From NCBI GenBank assembly GCA_001662655.1, contig KV460253.1: a stretch of DNA of 64,000 nucleotides. One strand, given 5' to 3'. The stretch's first letter is position 1, and the number at the start of each line of letters is the position of its first letter. Below, piece by piece: positions 61,086-64,000 of this stretch. Source of the stretch: Pseudogymnoascus verrucosus (taxonomy: Eukaryota). The notes beneath the pieces were generated by a model. The model was not told the origin of the DNA, did not search any database, and worked only from the letters and a program-made list of their open reading frames with translations. The position numbers and the translations under genes are program-made.

Positions 61086-61547
61086 TGTTGCGGCTGAATG
61101 AGAGACAGCTGGTTGTGATCGCTGCACCGTCAAGGAGGGATTCGGAGACGAGGCTGATGGGATTGAATCTCGAGGCGTCAGAAATATCGATGTGGTCCAG
61201 CCAATCAGCGTCGTCGGAACGGAATATTGTTCGGTGGCGAGACTCCGACTCCGTCAGCCCGAGCATGCCTGGACTGACACCCGCCGACCCATTATGACAC
61301 CAGTGCCACTCCACTAGCCGCAGCAAGCCTTACGACGCTCATCCGCCTTCTGGAACCAACACCAACCGGCGGACGACGACCCCAGTTATCTAAACCACCT
61401 CCTACCTTTTTCTTTGATCCTGATGGCATAGCCGTTTGCCTGTTTCCGAATTCTCCATTTGTCTTCACTGTCCTTTGATACAACTTTCATTTTTCGTTCT
61501 TTTATATATACTTAGGTTGATAGCGAGGAGAGAGAGTGCTGGGGCAA

Positions 61548-62724
61548 ATGAGTTCCTCACGATATGAGCGGGTACGTCAGGACCCTCTTCATGGTCTCGA
61601 CCATGCGGATACCCTTCACCTCACAGTTCATTCACGATGTCGCCGCTGCAGTCATGACACTCTACTAACGAGACCTCAACCACAGGTAGCCGCAGCAGAC
61701 GACGATTACCTCCCTACACCGACAACCCCCAACTCGCCACCCCCCTCCTTCCGCTCCCACGACTCATCTCCCAACCGCACCCGATCCTCCAGCCACCCCG
61801 CCCTCGCAGACCAGAACCTCGCCGATGCCTTTGATGCCGATGGCTCAGATAGCGACGATGATAATGACGGTGACGACCGGCAGCGGCTGATGCGGGGGAC
61901 CCCGACGGATTCGTCATCAGCACATGAAACACCAGGAGAAAGCGAATCCGATGCGCCACCCAGGACAGACGGTGCGATACAACTCGCTGATACGAGGGCG
62001 GCACATACACCGGTTTTTGCGCCCACGATTCAGGGGAGGGTTTATGGCGGTGGAAGCGGCAGTGATGGTGTCTTTGCGAATCTGAGCGCCAAGCCCGAGA
62101 GAGGCGAGAAGGTGGAGGAACACCCTCCTGTACGTCCACATCCTTTACCAGTCCGAAAACCGATATACTAACAGAGACTAGACATACGAACAGGCCGCCG
62201 CAGATGCAGCGCCCCCATACTGGGAAACGACGATTGTCGCCCCCGGATCATACGACCCGAACGAAGTGTACATCGACGGCCTCGCAGTTGGCTCCTTCTT
62301 CTCCTTCGCCTGGAACGGCATGATCAGCATGTCCTTCCAGCTCGTCGGTTTCCTCCTCACCTACCTCCTCCACACCACCCACGCCGCCAAGAACGGCTCC
62401 CGCGCCGGCCTCGGCGTCACCCTCATCCAGTACGGGTTCTACATGAAGGGTGCCGATGACGGGGACTCAGCGGTACCAGGAGACTCCTCTGGCAACGCGC
62501 CGCAGAATCCGGATAACCATGATTTCGAGGCTGGAGAGGGCGGGCTGAATGGCTATGACTGGGCGGCGTATATTCTGATGGTGGTGGGTTGGTTCATTCT
62601 CATAAGGGCTATTAGCGACTTTTTACGGGCGAGGAGGCATGAGCAGCTGGTCCTGCAGAGCCCGGATAGGGGGCTTGGGACGGCGGTGGTGGCGGAGGGC
62701 GAGGCCCCTGCTACGGCTGTTTAA
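61548..62724 (+). CDS. BSD2: Metal-homeostasis Rsp5 adaptor Bsd2 (NDFIP-like), 3 exons
   Basis: DGVFANLSAKPE, HPP|TYEQAAADAAPPYWETT (PY motifs), SMSFQLVGFLLTYLLHTTHAAKNGSRAGLG. Confidence 0.9.
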
Positions 62725-64000
62725 AGGCGTTCTTTTGTTTTACTGGTGTGAGGCTATGGGGTTGGTGGGATAGGGGGGTAATTGTTCATAGATACCATGC
62801 CTTAACTGTGATTATTTATTTTGTGTTCAATAGCTTGTGACTTGCTGTGGAATTGTTGCTTTGGGGGGTGAGGGTGCATGGGAGTGGTGATAATTTGAAG
62901 AGTATAGCACAGTTAAGCATTGTTCACGTTACTAACAAAACATCTATAAAAGGACGTCCGGTGATGAAGACCTGTCCTTCCAAGCCAAGGCGAGGGCCTA
63001 ATACTCACCATGGAAGGCTTCAGAGAATGAGTTTGTTGCTGATAATGTTACGTGAATAGTTCCTACTTCGTCGACTGGGGGGCTTCTCGCATCTTTCTCG
63101 CCGTGAAGATAAATCTATGCTGTCACCGTGCCACTCTCACCACTGATAGGTTCTTCATGTCGCCCACCTGTCACCCACCTGTCACCCCCAGTCGCAGCCG
63201 TAGGCGACTTACCCAGCTGAGTCCTACAATGCCGGATGGGGGAGGACATGAGGCGTCTAGCCTGGATGGTTGAATTGTCCCAGCGAGCAGAGACTTCATG
63301 CACCGTGGCATTTTCGAACTGGCGAGAAGGGCAGCATCTTGAGTACTCAACTTGGCAGAATAGAAAAGCGCACTTGGTTTAGATGACAGGAACTTGACGC
63401 AGAGTGGGCAGGCGGATTGCTCTATGGTGAGCTTGTCGAGGGGGAAAGGGTCATTATATACTAAATTACTATCAATGCCAATAATGTTGTCTCGCGGCCT
63501 CATAGATTTTGAGACTGCGCATTAAGTTATCCAAGCATAACTAAAAATGAAGTTTATATCAAGTGATATTGTGATATTTTCATTTAAACTGTGTCTGGTT
63601 CCCTTCCAGCGGGTTTTGGTTTCTGTGTCCAACAGCTGCCATGAAATTAAATTATCGGATTTGGCAAGGGCTACGCCACAGTTTCAAAAAATAGAACTCT
63701 TTGTTCCAAATATTCCGCTGTGAGAGTACAAGTTTCTTTGTTCTTGCGTGAGAGTATTCCGGTGTTGGGGTTTCCAAGGGATGATCCAAAATAAAATCGA
63801 ACAATGGCCCCTGCCGCATATTCGCCTATCGCCGTCGACGAGAACGGTCAATGCTTTCCAGTTCACAACAACACACCTTGTCCTCAGAACCCCTCACAAT
63901 ACTCTTTTTGTGCGCTGGGCCATTGGTCCCCGAGGCTCTTGGATCTTTGTTGGGCGTTCTTTATTCTTGCATATTTGGCTATTATAATTGTGTCCCCCCG

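Noticed and set aside
61548..62724. BSD2 as a member of the metal/ion cluster
   Set aside because: Conserved core gene about 18 kb from the nearest transporter and next to CBP6; adjacency probably coincidental

Overview
Genomic DNA from a filamentous ascomycete: GT-AG introns with CTAAC-type branch points, fungal Zn2Cys6 factor, RIP-type damage. The flanks carry core genes in microsatellite-rich spacers: HPC2 and RBA50 on the left, CBP6 and BSD2 on the right. Between them lies an accessory-looking block of about 50 kb. Its first ~34 kb is a dense ion/metal-homeostasis cluster: ACU-type K+/Na+ uptake P-type ATPase, PMC1-type Ca2+ ATPase, ECL1, a YVC1-like TRP channel divergent from a HAK1 K+ transporter, a single-pass RING-H2 ligase, a decayed second ACU ATPase fused in frame to an Fe/Mn-SOD C-terminal domain, a divergent ferric/cupric reductase-CTR pair sharing a perfect 16-bp inverted repeat, and a siderophore transporter. 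The rest holds pseudogenes and fragments (TRI101-like acetyltransferase, C2H2 factor, hydrolase fragment, SAM-only gene), a RIP-destroyed Ty3/Gypsy gag, and two divergent pairs (barrel protein/Zn2Cys6 factor; methyltransferase/FAD monooxygenase). Exon models were built by eye and no database searches were run.
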